Assembly (NCBI GenBank): GCA_041497395.1
Contig: JBGQGN010000001.1
Location: forward strand, 1 to 27,260
DNA length: 27,260 bases
Direction of reading: 5' to 3'
Origin: Candidatus Methylomirabilia bacterium
Lineage (GTDB): Bacteria; Methylomirabilota; Methylomirabilia; Rokubacteriales; DASRDR01
Below the pieces are notes generated by a model. That model saw only the letters and a program-made list of their open reading frames with translations. It did not search any database and was not told the DNA's origin. Positions within the stretch are counted from its first letter, which is position 1. Every line of letters starts with the position of its first letter. Of the stretch, positions 1 through 7,354 are shown one piece after another. The position numbers and the translations under genes are program-made.

Positions 1-122
1 AGGAACACGGCCAGCGAGAAGATGGTGCCGGTGCCGACGGCGATGATGGCGACCGACGCCGCGAGGACGACCCAGCCGTAGAAGACGCGGGAGCCGGTCG
101 CGACTCGAGCCGGGGCGGCCAC
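1..122 (-). CDS. MFS transporter, N-terminal fragment (runs off left edge)
   Basis: Not in the ORF track. Manual translation from GTG at 122 gives MAAPARVATGSRVFYGWVVLAASVAIIAVGTGTIFSLAVF..., with the FYGWxV start plus hydrophobic TM1 typical of MFS permeases. TATAAT lies 8 nt upstream of the GTG. Confidence 0.75.
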   Translation of the reverse strand, partial: MAAPARVATGSRVFYGWVVLAASVAIIAVGTGTIFSLAVF

Positions 123-130
123 GACTCCGA

Positions 131-136
131 ATTATA
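131..136 (-). promoter_or_regulatory. -10 box TATAAT, probable leaderless promoter of the truncated MFS gene
   Basis: Minus strand reads TATAAT-TCGGAGTC-GTG. A perfect hexamer in a short intergenic gap of GC-rich DNA; no clear SD between the box and the GTG. Confidence 0.6.
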
Positions 137-157
137 CGCGTCCGGGGCGCGCTGGGC

Positions 158-1384
158 TCAGTGCCACGCCTCCCCGGTCGGCTCGCGGACGCCGAGAAGG
201 AGGAGCACGGCGACCGCCATCGCGCCGGCGAGCGCGATCCAGCCCGGCCCGTAGCTGCCGAGGCGGTCGGCGAGCGCCCCGACGAGCGGCGCTCCCGCGA
301 TCACACCGAGCGACGAGACGGCCAGACAGAGGCCGACGGCGGTCGCCGCGGACTCGCGGCCGGCGAGCTCGGCCACGAGCGTGTGGTGCACGCCGTTCCA
401 CCCGATCCCGGCCACGCCGAAGGCCAGCGCGACCAGGGCGAGCCACGTCGCCGGCGAGCCGGGCTCGAGCCCGCCGGTCGCGAGACAGAGGACGCCGCTG
501 GCGATCCCCGCCGCCAGCAGGACGATCAGCCGCCGCCCGCCGAGCACGCGGTCCGAGAGTACGCCGAAGCCCACGCGGCCGAGGATCCCGCCAGCCTGGG
601 CGAGCCCGAGCACCGCGCCGGCGCCGATGACCGAGAGCCCCACGACCTCGGAGAGGTAGAGCGGCGCGTAGCTGATCCACGACACCTGAACCGCCGCGTA
701 GAGGAAGGTCGCCCACGAGACGAGCCAGATGGGCCGGCTCGCGAGCACGACGCGCGGCCGCGGGCCCGGGCCGCCGCCGCCCGCGTGGGCGGATTCCCGC
801 GGCGGCTCGCGGTACCCGAGGCCCACCGCCGCGGCGGACAGGGCGATGATCCCGGCCGCGACCGCCAGCGCGCCGCGCCAGCCGAGGCTCGCCCGGATCG
901 CCAGCGTGGGGAGCGCCAGCGCGCCCAGCGCGCCGCCCAGGGGGAATCCCGCCTGCTTCACGCCGACGACCGTGGCGCGGCTCCGCGCCGGGAACCACAC
1001 GAGGACGCCCTTGGTGGAGGTGGGATTGACGGTGCCGAAGCCGACGCCCGCCAGCGTGACCAGCGCCAGGAGGCTCGGGTAGCCGGGCGCCAGGACCATC
1101 AGGGCGAAGCAGACCCCGACGAGGGCCTGGCCTGCCAGCAGCGTCCAGCGCACGCCGATGCGATCCGCGAGCCTGCCCGCGGGAAACGACGTCAGCGCCC
1201 CCCCGACGTAGAAGGCCGACAGGAACGAGCCCGCCTCCTGTCGGGTGAGGCCGAGGTCGTCCCGGAGCAAGGGAGCCAGCGCGGGCAGACCGAGCGCTCC
1301 GAGGTTGCTCGCGGTCTGCACGGCCATGATCAGCGCGAGGGCGACGAAGCGATACGACGGGAGCGCGGGCGAGAGTCCGGGCAC
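158..1384 (-). CDS. MFS transporter (MFS_1-like, about 408 aa)
   Basis: About 12 hydrophobic segments with motif A (AGRLADRIGVR) and its C-terminal repeat (FGVLSDRVLGGRR). I chose the in-frame GTG at 1384 because it sits 7 nt behind TGnTACGAT and puts TM1 near residue 12. The track start (1474) and the ATG at 1447 are alternatives. Confidence 0.85.
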   Translation of the reverse strand: MPGLSPALPSYRFVALALIMAVQTASNLGALGLPALAPLLRDDLGLTRQEAGSFLSAFYVGGALTSFPAGRLADRIGVRWTLLAGQALVGVCFALMVLAPGYPSLLALVTLAGVGFGTVNPTSTKGVLVWFPARSRATVVGVKQAGFPLGGALGALALPTLAIRASLGWRGALAVAAGIIALSAAAVGLGYREPPRESAHAGGGGPGPRPRVVLASRPIWLVSWATFLYAAVQVSWISYAPLYLSEVVGLSVIGAGAVLGLAQAGGILGRVGFGVLSDRVLGGRRLIVLLAAGIASGVLCLATGGLEPGSPATWLALVALAFGVAGIGWNGVHHTLVAELAGRESAATAVGLCLAVSSLGVIAGAPLVGALADRLGSYGPGWIALAGAMAVAVLLLLGVREPTGEAWH

Positions 1385-1391
1385 GGAGCCG

Positions 1392-1400
1392 ATCGTAGCA
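1392..1400 (-). promoter_or_regulatory. Extended -10 element TG-C-TACGAT
   Basis: Minus strand TGCTACGAT-CGGCTCC-GTG, which is leaderless geometry. Confidence 0.5.
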
Positions 1401-1448
1401 CCTGGGGTATGAAGGAATCCGAGCGGGCGCGGGGGCGCGAGCTCCATT

Positions 1449-1477
1449 TTGACGCACGCACACTCGCGTGACACGAT
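1449..1477 (+). promoter_or_regulatory. sigma70-like promoter for the selenoprotein gene
   Basis: TTGACG (1449-1454), 17 bp spacer, CACGAT (1472-1477) preceded by TG at -15/-14. SD GGAGGGAG lies before the ATG at 1559. Confidence 0.5.
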
Positions 1478-1558
1478 CGGACGGTGCCGCAGGGGCGCGC
1501 GGCGCCCCGAGTGCCAACATGAGGCCTGTGCGGAGCACGCCGATCAGCGGAGGGAGCG

Positions 1559-2662
1559 ATGGTCACGGTCATCCACGAGGAGCGGGAAACAGAGATCGCC
1601 GCGGCGCGCGTCGTCGGCGAGGGTCTCTGGCTGTCGAGCGCCGACGTTCACCGGGCGACGGGCTGGACGCTCACGCCCGAGGGACTCTGCCGTGAGGGAG
1701 CCTGCGTCCCGGTGCCACGCGGCCGCGAGGCCGACGTCATCCGAGGCGACGCGGTCGACCTCGCCGCCTTCTGGCGGCACGTCGGCCATCCGGTGGTGCG
1801 CGATGGCACAGGGCAGGTCTGGGTGCTGGGCACCGGGGCCGCCGAGCGGGCCCGCGCTCTCCGGTCGCTCCTGGCGCCGGACTTCGCGCTTCCCGATCTC
1901 GACGGGCGCATGCACGCCCTGTCGGATCATCGCGGGACGAAGGTGCTGCTGGTGACGTGGGCCTCCTGGTGAGGCTGCCGCAGTGACCTGCCGGTCTGGC
2001 AGGCCCTCTACGAAGACCTGAAGGCCCGCCGCTTCACGGTCGTGGCCGTGGCCATGGATCGAGCCTCCGACGCGGCCCGGCCCTGGATCGAGGCCGCGAA
2101 GCCGAGCTATCCGTGCGTCATCGACCACGATCACCGGGTGGCCGAGCTCTACAACATGGTCAACGTGCCGCAGGCGGTCTGGATCGACGAGACCGGGCAC
2201 ATCGTGCGACCGACCGAGAGCGCCGGCGCCTACGAGGGATTCCGGTCCATGGATCGCACGACCCGGAAGGTCCCCGATGAGGTGGCCGCGATGACCAGCC
2301 GAGCCAAGCGCACCTACGTCGACGCCGTCCGCGACTGGGTGATCCAGGGTCGGTCGAGCGTCCACGTGTTCGGTCCGGAGCAAGCGACCGCCCATCTGAC
2401 CCTGCCGGACGAGAGCGTCGCCCGAGCGCACGCGCATTTTCGTCTGGGACAGCACCTGCTGAGACGAGGCCAGGAGTCCGCGGCGCAAGCCGAGTTCGAG
2501 GAAGCCCGCCGCCTGCACCCGGACTCGTGGAACATCTGGCGTCAGACGGCGGCGGTCGATGCGCGCGGGCTGGCGGCGGGCCCGGAGTTCTGGTCGCGCG
2601 TCGAGGCGCTCGGCAGCCGCCGGTACTACGCGCCCGTCGACATGGCGGGCATGCCGGACTGA
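1559..2662 (+). CDS. Probable selenoprotein, TlpA/ResA-like redoxin (AhpC/TSA fold) with WASW-U-GC active site, 367 aa
   Basis: ORFs 1559-1972 and 2042-2662 are in the same frame. Reading through TGA 1970-1972 gives APDFALPDLDGRMHALSDHRGTKVLLVTWASW-U-GCRSDLPVWQALYEDLKARRFTVVAVAMD, a continuous redoxin fold with TGA exactly at the first-Cys position. It also has NVP at the cis-Pro position and a TPR-like C-terminal helix. Confidence 0.85.
1971..2008 (+). promoter_or_regulatory. Candidate bacterial SECIS hairpin
   Basis: Stem CCTGCC (1987-1992) / GGCAGG (1998-2003) with loop GGTCT starting 21 nt after the TGA and beginning with G. Possible lower stem GAGG/CCTC. Fits the general bacterial SECIS geometry. 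Confidence 0.65.
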
Positions 2663-2759
2663 CGCGGGCGCGTCCGGCTCCCGGGGCGCATTCCCCCGGG
2701 CCTCCAGTCGAGCGTGCTGCGGGAGCCGATCACCGGGCGGCCGGCCGGGGGCGCTCCGG

Positions 2760-4115
2760 CTAGAACGACCGGATCAGACGCTCCACCCGCTCGTCGTGAG
2801 CCTGGAACGGGTCCTTGCAGAGGATCGTCTCGCGCTCGGGATCGTTCAGCTTGAGGTAGACCCAGTCCACCCGGTAATCCTTGCCCTTGAGGTTCGCCCG
2901 GCGGATGAACTCGCCCCGGAGCCGGGCGCGCGTCGTCTGGGGAGGCGTGTGCTTGGCCACCTCCACCTGCTCGTCGCGCGCCAGCCGATCGACGCGGTCG
3001 TTCCGTGCCAGCAGGTAGTAGACGCCCTTGAAGGGCCGGATGTCGTGGTACTGGAGGTCGATGAGGGACACGCGGGGGTCCCGCCAGGACAGCCGGTGCC
3101 GGGTCATGTAGTCCTCGATCACCTGACGCTTGATGACCCAGTCGACCTCACGGTCGCACTGGTTGGGGTCCGTCTCGAGCCGGGTGAGCATGTCGGTCCA
3201 GCGATCCAGGACGTCGCGCGTCACCGGGTCGGCGTCGACGTGCTGCGCGTAGGCGCGGCAGGCCTCCAGGTACTCCTTCTGGATCTCGAGGGCGGTCATG
3301 GTGCGCCCGTCCTTGAGCTTCACCGGCTCCCGGAGCCCAGGGTCGTGGGAGATGTCCCGGATGGCCTGGACCGGCGACTGGAGGCTGTAGTCCCGGTCGA
3401 AATAGCCGTCCTCGATCATGTCGAGGACCACGGCGGTGGTGCCGACCTTGAGGTAGGTCGCGACTTCCGACATGTTCGAGTCGCCGACGATCACGTGGAG
3501 CCGCCGGTACTTCTCCGCGTCCGCGTGGGGCTCGTCGCGCGTGTTGATGATGGAGCGGGACGAGGTGGTGGCGCCGGAGATCTCCTGGCAGATGTGCTGG
3601 GCGCGCTGCGACAGGCAATAGTGGAAGCCCCGCGGCGTCTGGAGGACCTTGCCGGCGCCCGCGAAGATCTGGCGGGTCACGAAGAACGGGATCAGCGCCT
3701 CGGCGAGCCGCTGGAACGAGACGTCGCGCGACACCAGGTAGTTCTCGTGGCAGCCGTACGAGTTGCCCGCCGAGTCCGTGTTGTTCTTGAAGAGGAGGAT
3801 GTTCCCCGAGATCCCGTCCTCACGGAGCCGCTTCTCCGCCTGGTGCAGGAGGTCCTCGACGATGCGCTCGCCGGCCTTGTCGTAGACGACCAGGTCCATC
3901 ACGTCGTCGCACTCCGGCGTGGCGTACTCCGGGTGGAAGCCGGTGTCGAGATAGAGCCGCGCCCCGTTCTCCAGGAAGACGTTGGCGTTGCGGGCTCCCG
4001 GAATGACCTTCTCGAAGAGGTAGCGGGCGACGTTGTCCGGGGAGAGCCGGCGCTGACCGTTCAGCGTGCAGGTCAGCCCGTACTCGTTCTCGAGGCCGAA
4101 GATGCGTCGCTTCAT
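2760..4115 (-). CDS. pafA: Pup--protein ligase PafA family (451 aa)
   Basis: [11 protein letters not shown] start, [25 protein letters not shown] (catalytic Asp region), [51 protein letters not shown] and CKDPF. ATGA overlap with the prcA stop. Confidence 0.92.
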   Translation of the reverse strand: MKRRIFGLENEYGLTCTLNGQRRLSPDNVARYLFEKVIPGARNANVFLENGARLYLDTGFHPEYATPECDDVMDLVVYDKAGERIVEDLLHQAEKRLREDGISGNILLFKNNTDSAGNSYGCHENYLVSRDVSFQRLAEALIPFFVTRQIFAGAGKVLQTPRGFHYCLSQRAQHICQEISGATTSSRSIINTRDEPHADAEKYRRLHVIVGDSNMSEVATYLKVGTTAVVLDMIEDGYFDRDYSLQSPVQAIRDISHDPGLREPVKLKDGRTMTALEIQKEYLEACRAYAQHVDADPVTRDVLDRWTDMLTRLETDPNQCDREVDWVIKRQVIEDYMTRHRLSWRDPRVSLIDLQYHDIRPFKGVYYLLARNDRVDRLARDEQVEVAKHTPPQTTRARLRGEFIRRANLKGKDYRVDWVYLKLNDPERETILCKDPFQAHDERVERLIRSF

Positions 4116-4837
4116 GAGGTCCCCATGGGCCGGCCCCCCTCTGGCGGGTCGGGACGCCCGAGGATCGCGCGGAGCTCACCGTTGGCGACGCGCCGGAACT
4201 TCCGGCGCTCGCGCTTCTGGTCGAGCACCGCGACCTCGAGGTCGCGGTCCGTCAGCGTCTTGTTCTGCGCGACCGTCAGCGCACGGATCCCCAGCCGCAC
4301 CGCCTCGGCGAGGGGGAGGCCCTCTCGGTAGTGCTCCTTGAGGAAGCGGCGGATCTCCTCCGCCTGGCCGCCCATTGCCGCGTAGTTGCGCTCATCCTCG
4401 ATCGAGCCGTCGTAGAGGACATGGTACATCTCGTTCTTCCCGTTGGCGCCGTCGGCCACCTCGACGACCAGCACCTCGACCTCGAACGGCTTGAGCCCTT
4501 CGGTGAAGATGTTCCCGAGCGCCTGGGAATAGGCGTTGGCGAGCGCCTTCGCGGTCACGTCCTCGCGGTGGTACGAGTAGCCGCGGAGGTCGGCGTGCCG
4601 CACCCCCGCGATCCTGAGATTCTCGAACTCGTTGTACTTGCCGACCCCGGCGAAGGCGATCCGGTCGTAGATCTCGGAGATCTTGTGGAGCAGGGTGGAG
4701 GGATTCTCGGCGACCAGGAGCACGCCATCCTGGTACTCGAGGGCGACGATGGACCGGCCGCGGGCGATGCCCTTGCGGGCATACTCGGCCTTGTCCTTCA
4801 TCATCTGCTCGGGCGAGACGTAGTAGGGAAGGGGCAT
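4112..4837 (-). CDS. prcA: 20S proteasome alpha subunit (241 aa)
   Basis: [52 protein letters not shown] and RRKFRR are the actinobacterial-type PrcA signature. Confidence 0.96.
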   Translation of the reverse strand: MPLPYYVSPEQMMKDKAEYARKGIARGRSIVALEYQDGVLLVAENPSTLLHKISEIYDRIAFAGVGKYNEFENLRIAGVRHADLRGYSYHREDVTAKALANAYSQALGNIFTEGLKPFEVEVLVVEVADGANGKNEMYHVLYDGSIEDERNYAAMGGQAEEIRRFLKEHYREGLPLAEAVRLGIRALTVAQNKTLTDRDLEVAVLDQKRERRKFRRVANGELRAILGRPDPPEGGRPMGTS

Positions 4838-4840
4838 GGA

Positions 4841-5671
4841 TCAGCGTCCCTGGCGCCGCGCCGCCACCACGGCCTCGCACTGGGCTCGGACCTCGGCCTC
4901 GGCGACCTCCTCGAACCCGGCGCGGGTGATCACCTTCACGGTCGGAAAGATCCCGTAGGTGAAATCGGGGCCGCCCGTCCCCACGTCTTCCTCCGCCGCG
5001 TCGACGAGTGCCTCGGCCGCCCAGCGGATCCCGTCGACACGCGACGCGCCCGCCCGGTACAGCTTCTTGAGCGTGGTGCGCGCGTCCTTGCCGCCCGACC
5101 CGGTCGCCGCGTAGTCGGTCTCCTCGTACCGGCCTCCCGTGACGTCGTAGTTGAAGATCCGTCCCTCGGCGCGGCGCAGGTCGTAGCCGGCGAAGATGGG
5201 CACGACCACGAGGCCCTGCATCGCCATCGGGAGGTTCATCCGGATCATCTGGCCGAGCTTGTTCGCCTTGCCTTCGAGCGACAGGCCGTCGCCCTCCACC
5301 TTCTCGTAGTGCTCGAGCTCCGTCTGGAACAGGCGGGCCATCTCGATCGCCGGCCCGGCCGCGCCGGCGATCGCGACCGCGGAGTACTCATCGGTCTTGT
5401 AGACCTTCTCGATCCGCCGGTGGGCGACCTGGTAGCCCTCGGTGGCCTGCCGGTCGCCGGCGACGATGACGCCGTCGGCGTACCGTAGCGCGAGGATCGT
5501 CGTCCCGGTCGGGACGCCCGGCAGGCCGTGGGGATCTGCATGGGGAGCCGCCCCGCTCACGCCGGGGCGCGAGACGAGCAAGTCCGGTGCCTCCTGGCGC
5601 AGGAGATCCACGAAGCTCCGGTTCACGTAGCGCCCGAAGAGACCTTGCCAGGACTCGTGCATGGGGGCCAT
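4841..5671 (-). CDS. prcB: 20S proteasome beta subunit precursor (276 aa; 56-aa propeptide, catalytic Thr57)
   Basis: Propeptide SFVDLLRQEAPDLL, cleavage site G|TTILALRY, AGDRQAT, IEKVY, LSLEGKANKL and ATGSGG. Confidence 0.96.
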   Translation of the reverse strand: MAPMHESWQGLFGRYVNRSFVDLLRQEAPDLLVSRPGVSGAAPHADPHGLPGVPTGTTILALRYADGVIVAGDRQATEGYQVAHRRIEKVYKTDEYSAVAIAGAAGPAIEMARLFQTELEHYEKVEGDGLSLEGKANKLGQMIRMNLPMAMQGLVVVPIFAGYDLRRAEGRIFNYDVTGGRYEETDYAATGSGGKDARTTLKKLYRAGASRVDGIRWAAEALVDAAEEDVGTGGPDFTYGIFPTVKVITRAGFEEVAEAEVRAQCEAVVAARRQGR

Positions 5672-5682
5672 CTGTAGGGGGG

Positions 5683-5688
5683 ATTATA
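5683..5688 (-). promoter_or_regulatory. -10 box TATAAT in front of prcB (internal promoter)
   Basis: Minus strand TATAAT-CCCCCCTACAG-ATG within the 68-bp dop-prcB gap. No SD. Confidence 0.6.
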
Positions 5689-5739
5689 CAACCGGGCTTG
5701 GCCGGGAGCCGCGCCTTCCGACGCCCCTGGTGTCCGGCC

Positions 5740-7236
5740 CTAGACGATGGTCGGCTTCGAGATGTTCTTGAGGAGATCCCGCGCGGTCGGCGACTGGTCG
5801 AACAGCCGGCGCACGAGGGCCTCGGTGCCCCGCAGCGGCTCGAGCATGAAGATCTTCTTCAGCGGCCCCTCCTTGAGGTCGAAGAGGACCGAGTCCCACG
5901 AGGCCGAGACGATGTCCTCGGAGTAGCGCTGGAGGCACATCCCCCGGAAGTAGGCCCGCGTGTCGCGCGGGGGGTCGTTGACCGCTCGCGCGATCTCCTC
6001 GTCGCTCGCGATTCGCTCGACCGCCTCGGACTGCTCGAGCTTGTAGTAGAGGCCCTTGCTCGGCCGGATGTCGTGGTACTGGAGGTCGATCATCGCCACC
6101 CGGGAATCCGTCCAGCCCACTCCGTGCTTGGCGCGGTAGCTCTCGAGGAGATCGAGCTTGATCACCCAGTCGAGCTCGCGGCTGAGCGACATCGGATCCT
6201 GGGCGAGCCGGTCCAGCACGTGCTCCCACCGCACGAGGACGTCCTTCGTCACGGGATCGAGCTCCCGGTCCCGGTAGTAGCGGTGGGCCAGCTCCAGGAA
6301 CTCCCGCTGGAGGTCGATGGCCGTCACGGTCCGCCCGTCGCGGAGGCGAAGCGTCGACCGGCAGGCGAGGTCGCGTGAGACCTGGCGGAAGGCCTGGACC
6401 GGACTGTCCAGCGAGAGGTCCCGGTCGATGAAGTCGTCCTCGATCATGGACAGGACGATCGCCGTGGTCCCGACCTTCAGGTAGTTCGCCACCTCCGACA
6501 TGTTGGCGTCGCCCACGATCACGTGGAGCCGGCGGTACTTCTCGGGATCGGCGTGCGGCTCGTCCCGGGTGTTGATGATGGGGCGGGAATGCATCGTCTC
6601 GAGGCCGACCTCCGTCTCGAGGAAGTCGGCACGCTGGGAGACCTGGTACTCGGTGTACTCGAGGTTGTTCTCCGACCCGACCTTGCCCGCGCCGGTGAAG
6701 ATCTGGCGCGTGACCAGGAAGGGCATCATGTACTGGACGATTCGCGTGAAGGGGCAGCGCCGGTCCATGAGGTAGTTCTCGTGGGTGCCGTAGCTGTTGC
6801 CCTTGGAGTCGGTGTTGTTCTTGTAGATGAGGATGCGCTGCTCGGGCGGGGAGGCCGCTTCCGCGCGCCGGCGGGCCAGGTCGAGGATTCGCTCGCCCGC
6901 CCGGTCCCAGACCACGAGGTCCCGCGGGTTCGTGCACTCCGGGGTCGAGTACTCGGGGTGGGCGTGGTCGACGTAGAACCGGGCCCCGTTCGGGAGGATC
7001 AGGTTGATGAGGCGCGACTCCTCCTTGGACGGGAGCTCCTTTTCCTCGGCGTACTCGAACCCCCGGGCGTCCCTGAGCGGGCTCTCGGCCTCGTAATCCC
7101 AGCGGATGCGTGCGGTCCGGTAGGTCTCGTAGGAGTTGATGAGGAGGAGGGAGGACAGGATCGGGTTGAAGTCCGCCTGGTTGCGGACCGTGATCCCGTA
7201 CTCGGTCTCGATCCCCATCACCTTCAGGATGGCCAT
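5740..7236 (-). CDS. dop: Depupylase/deamidase Dop (498 aa)
   Basis: KVMGIETEYGI, long Dop-loop region, [41 protein letters not shown] and MLEPLRGT. The DHAHPEYS and EPLRGT motifs separate it from PafA. Confidence 0.92.
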   Translation of the reverse strand: MAILKVMGIETEYGITVRNQADFNPILSSLLLINSYETYRTARIRWDYEAESPLRDARGFEYAEEKELPSKEESRLINLILPNGARFYVDHAHPEYSTPECTNPRDLVVWDRAGERILDLARRRAEAASPPEQRILIYKNNTDSKGNSYGTHENYLMDRRCPFTRIVQYMMPFLVTRQIFTGAGKVGSENNLEYTEYQVSQRADFLETEVGLETMHSRPIINTRDEPHADPEKYRRLHVIVGDANMSEVANYLKVGTTAIVLSMIEDDFIDRDLSLDSPVQAFRQVSRDLACRSTLRLRDGRTVTAIDLQREFLELAHRYYRDRELDPVTKDVLVRWEHVLDRLAQDPMSLSRELDWVIKLDLLESYRAKHGVGWTDSRVAMIDLQYHDIRPSKGLYYKLEQSEAVERIASDEEIARAVNDPPRDTRAYFRGMCLQRYSEDIVSASWDSVLFDLKEGPLKKIFMLEPLRGTEALVRRLFDQSPTARDLLKNISKPTIV

Positions 7237-7310
7237 GCCGTCCTCGCGCCGGTCCGCGTCACCCGTGCCTACCGGCGCCCTCCGGCGCCCCGGTGGGGCC
7301 GCGGCCGACA

Positions 7311-7349
7311 GAAAAGGGGTGAGGGGGCGACCCGCGCTCCCTCACCCCT
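7311..7349 (-). terminator. Intrinsic terminator after arc
   Basis: Perfect 11-bp stem AGGGGTGAGGG/CCCTCACCCCT (7315-7325 with 7339-7349) 5 nt after the arc stop, followed on the minus strand by a T-run (TTTTCTGT, counting the last stem base). Confidence 0.8.
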
Positions 7350-7354
7350 GCCGC

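Noticed and set aside
1503-1518. Minus-strand TGGCAC-N7-GC as a second sigma54 site facing the MFS gene
   Set aside because: The -12 element lacks TT (GCGC), GC dinucleotides are ubiquitous here, and a better extended -10 explains the MFS gene.
1970-1972. Reading the TGA as a pseudogene-forming nonsense mutation
   Set aside because: Its position at the catalytic Cys-equivalent, the intact downstream frame and the SECIS-like hairpin favour selenocysteine.
2680-2700. Hairpin CCCGGGG-N7-CCCCGGG between convergent genes as a terminator
   Set aside because: No U-tract on either strand, and all-GC stems are common by chance at this GC content.
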